DNA of 64,000 nt from Nitrosopumilus sp. (GTDB lineage: Archaea; Thermoproteota; Nitrososphaeria; Nitrososphaerales; Nitrosopumilaceae). Below are positions 61,482 to 64,000 of the stretch, piece by piece. How positions within the stretch are numbered: the first letter of the stretch is position 1; each line of letters begins with the position of its first letter. The notes under the pieces are model-generated. The model had not been told where the DNA came from. It worked only from the letters and a program-made list of their open reading frames with translations, and searched no databases. Location of the stretch: contig OY759726.1 of assembly GCA_963662625.1 (NCBI GenBank), positions 1,440,001 to 1,504,000 on the forward strand. The letters run 5' to 3'. Position numbers and translations under genes: made by a program.

Positions 61482-64000
61482 TTGAGGGGCGGCAGCCCCC
61501 CGGGCACGTTCGACTCCCTCCTAAAGCGGATACGTGAGGAATCAAAGAGTAAGGCTGACCTTGGAGCCCGGTTCGAGAAGATAACGAAGGAATTTCTGGT
61601 CACGGATACCCAGTACAAAACAAGGTTCAGGAAGGTATATCTCTGGAAGGAATGGAGGCGCAGGGCCACCGTATCCCCCCACGGCGGAGACATAGGAGTG
61701 GACCTGATGGCGGAGGAAAGGGATGGGAGCTGGTGCGCAATCCAGTGCAAGTGCTATGCCGACGACGGCACCTTGGACTACAGGATCCTCAGCACGTTCT
61801 TTGCCACGGCAGGCCTGATCAGAGAAAAACACAGGAGAAAGGTCAACACGGTCCTCGTTTACACCGGGGATCGCACCACGCCAAACGCCGACAGGGCAAT
61901 CAGGATAAACCACTGCCATGTCATAGGGCAGGACGAGTTCCGGGACAGCACCATCCTCTGGGAGGACTTCCCGCGACTCCATGTCAGAAAGCCGAAGTCC
62001 CTATACCCGCACCAGCAAAAGGCGCTTGACGACGTCCTGGCAGGCCTGAAAAAAGCCGACCGCGGCAAGCTGATCATGGCATGCGGCACGGGCAAGACGC
62101 TGACGTCCTTAAGGATAGCAGAAGGGCACGCGGGTGCCGGAAGGGCAGTGCTGTACCTGGTGCCCTCGATCTCCCTGATCCACCAGACCATGAGCGAGTG
62201 GAGCGAAAATGCCCGGCTAGAGCACCACTATGCCGTGGTCTGCTCTGACCGTACCGTGGGAGGCGACGAGGACGGCGACATAAGCCAGCTAGCATTCCCC
62301 CGACCACGGACACGGATGAGCTCAGGCGGTCGTTCTCCTCCAGAAAAAAAACCTCCATGGGCGTGGTGTTCTCCACGTACCATTCCATAGACGTGGCAAA
62401 GAATGCCATAGACGGCGAGTTCGACCTGGTACTGTGCGACGAGGCGCACAGGACGACGGGCGCCGAGGATAAGGGGAGCGCGAGCTACTTTACGAAGGTG
62501 CACGATGACGGGAGCGTCAAGGCCAAGAAGAGGCTCTACATGACCGCGACCCCGAGGGTGTACGGGGAGGCGGTAAAAAACAGGGTCGAGGTCTACTCCA
62601 TGGATGACGAGGACACCTACGGGAAGGAGATGCACAACTACTCCTTTGACGCGGCTGTGGACGACAAGCAGCTGTCAGACTTTAAGGTCAGGATACCCGT
62701 CATCCCAGGGGAGGATCTGGCCACATACACCAACGAGAGCATCGACGGGGAGGACGGCACGGTGGACGAGAGGGTACTCCTTGCCGCGGTGTGGCACGGG
62801 TTCAACTACAACGGGGAGGAGAAGCGGCCCCTGCTGCAGAGGGTGATATCGTTCTCAAACAAGATACGGGCGTCAAAGCAGTTTGCGGGCGTCTACGGCG
62901 GGGACGCCCGCACCCAGGACGAGGATCGTTATGAAAAGCGCATCCTGGAAAACGAGGACGACGACAGGGTGAGGGAGGATCGCAGCTTTGGGAACACAGT
63001 GAAAAAATACGAGGCGGTCAGCAACCACAAAACCGGGAACACGGTGTCCGTGCGGCACATGGACGGCACCATGAGGGCCAGCATCCGGAACAACAAGATG
63101 CGGTGGCTCAAGGACAGCGATCAGGACCAAGGGGAGTGCCGCATACTGTCAAACGCCAGGTGCCTCTCGGAGGGGGTCGACGTCCCGGCCCTCGACGCGG
63201 TGATATTCCTCCAGCCCAGAAAGTCAAAGACGGACGTGATCCAGAGCGTGGGACGGGTGATGAGGAAGTCTCCCGGCAAGGAGTACGGGTACGTGATACT
63301 GCCCGTAGTGATACCCACCGGCATGACGTTTGAGCAGTCACTCCACGACAACAGGGCGTGGAAGACCGTGTGGCAGGTCCTCTCTGCCCTGAGATCCCAC
63401 AACCCTAACTTTGCAAACGAGATAAACAGGGTGAACCTCGACCGCAGCCCAGGAGGCGGCCCGGCAAAACTCGAGAACGTGGAGATCGTCTGGATGGGAA
63501 GCCACCACCGGATGGAGCCCGAGCACGAGATGTTTGGGAGGCTTGTCACGCGGATGGTCGAGAAAGTCGGCGACAGGACGTACTTTGAGGACAGGGCAAG
63601 GCAACTCGGGGAAAAGGCAAGCGAGATACGCGACAGGATCAAGACCACGTACGAGACCGGCGGCCACCCGAGCGTGGCAGGGGCGGTCGACTCGCTGTGC
63701 ATGGGGCTCAGGTCAATCATAAACCACACGATAAACGAGGCCGGGACGATCAACGTCCTTGCGCAGCACCACGCGCTCTCGCAGGTGTTTGACACGCTGT
63801 TTCCGGAGGAGTTCAGATCGGCCAACCCTGTGGCCGCCGCGCTTGACGACTCGATAGGAAAAATCGGCATGCGGGGGGAGCTTGAGGACTTTGAAGGGTT
63901 CTACGGGGAAGTAAGGCGCGAGGCAGGCAAATTCCAGAGCAGGGGCGGCAAGCAGGAGTACATCCGCAAGATATACGGGAATTTCCTGCTGGGGTTTGAC
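61482..64000 (+). pseudogene. Type ISP-like restriction-modification enzyme (Mrr-like nuclease + SF2 helicase), one frameshift, 3'-truncated by window edge
   Basis: DIGVDL...AIQCKCY, MACGTGKT, VCSD; after a shift at 62297-62301 it reads STYHS, DEAHRT, MTATP, LSEGVDVPALD and QSVGRVMRK, open to the window end. Confidence 0.88.

Overview
This is an archaeal window from a high-GC member of the Nitrososphaerota (Thaumarchaeota), most likely Nitrosopumilaceae; a Cenarchaeum-like host-associated lineage is an inference from composition and IS load. Bases 1-4.0 kb hold the 3' part of the 16S gene and the whole 23S gene, with no tRNA in the spacer. From 4.5 to 38.5 kb are mostly GC-rich core genes (msrA, phaR/phaP-like pair, secG, aIF1, tfb, cofC/cofD, RNase P RNA, geranylgeranyl reductase, dinB, archaeosortase, Nre, Alba with a repeat-expanded N-terminus, UDG, deoxyhypusine synthase, ino1, smc), plus one IS5-family element. 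From 38.5 to 46 kb is a graveyard of IS and toxin-antitoxin remnants. From 47 to 64 kb is a defence island: a divergent PCNA, an SNF2-DUF3883/DUF1156/DUF499 restriction-like cassette, two AT-rich orphan genes, an OLD-family nuclease and a frameshifted type ISP-like restriction enzyme. The most striking unexplained pattern is four isolated, sequence-distinct 38-bp direct repeats, each enclosing a 35-36-bp insert (period 73-74 bp). This is the geometry expected of Cas1-type spacer integration at non-CRISPR sites. A second notable pattern is that pseudogenes are decaying strongly toward G+C. Family assignments come from motif recognition only; no database searches were run.
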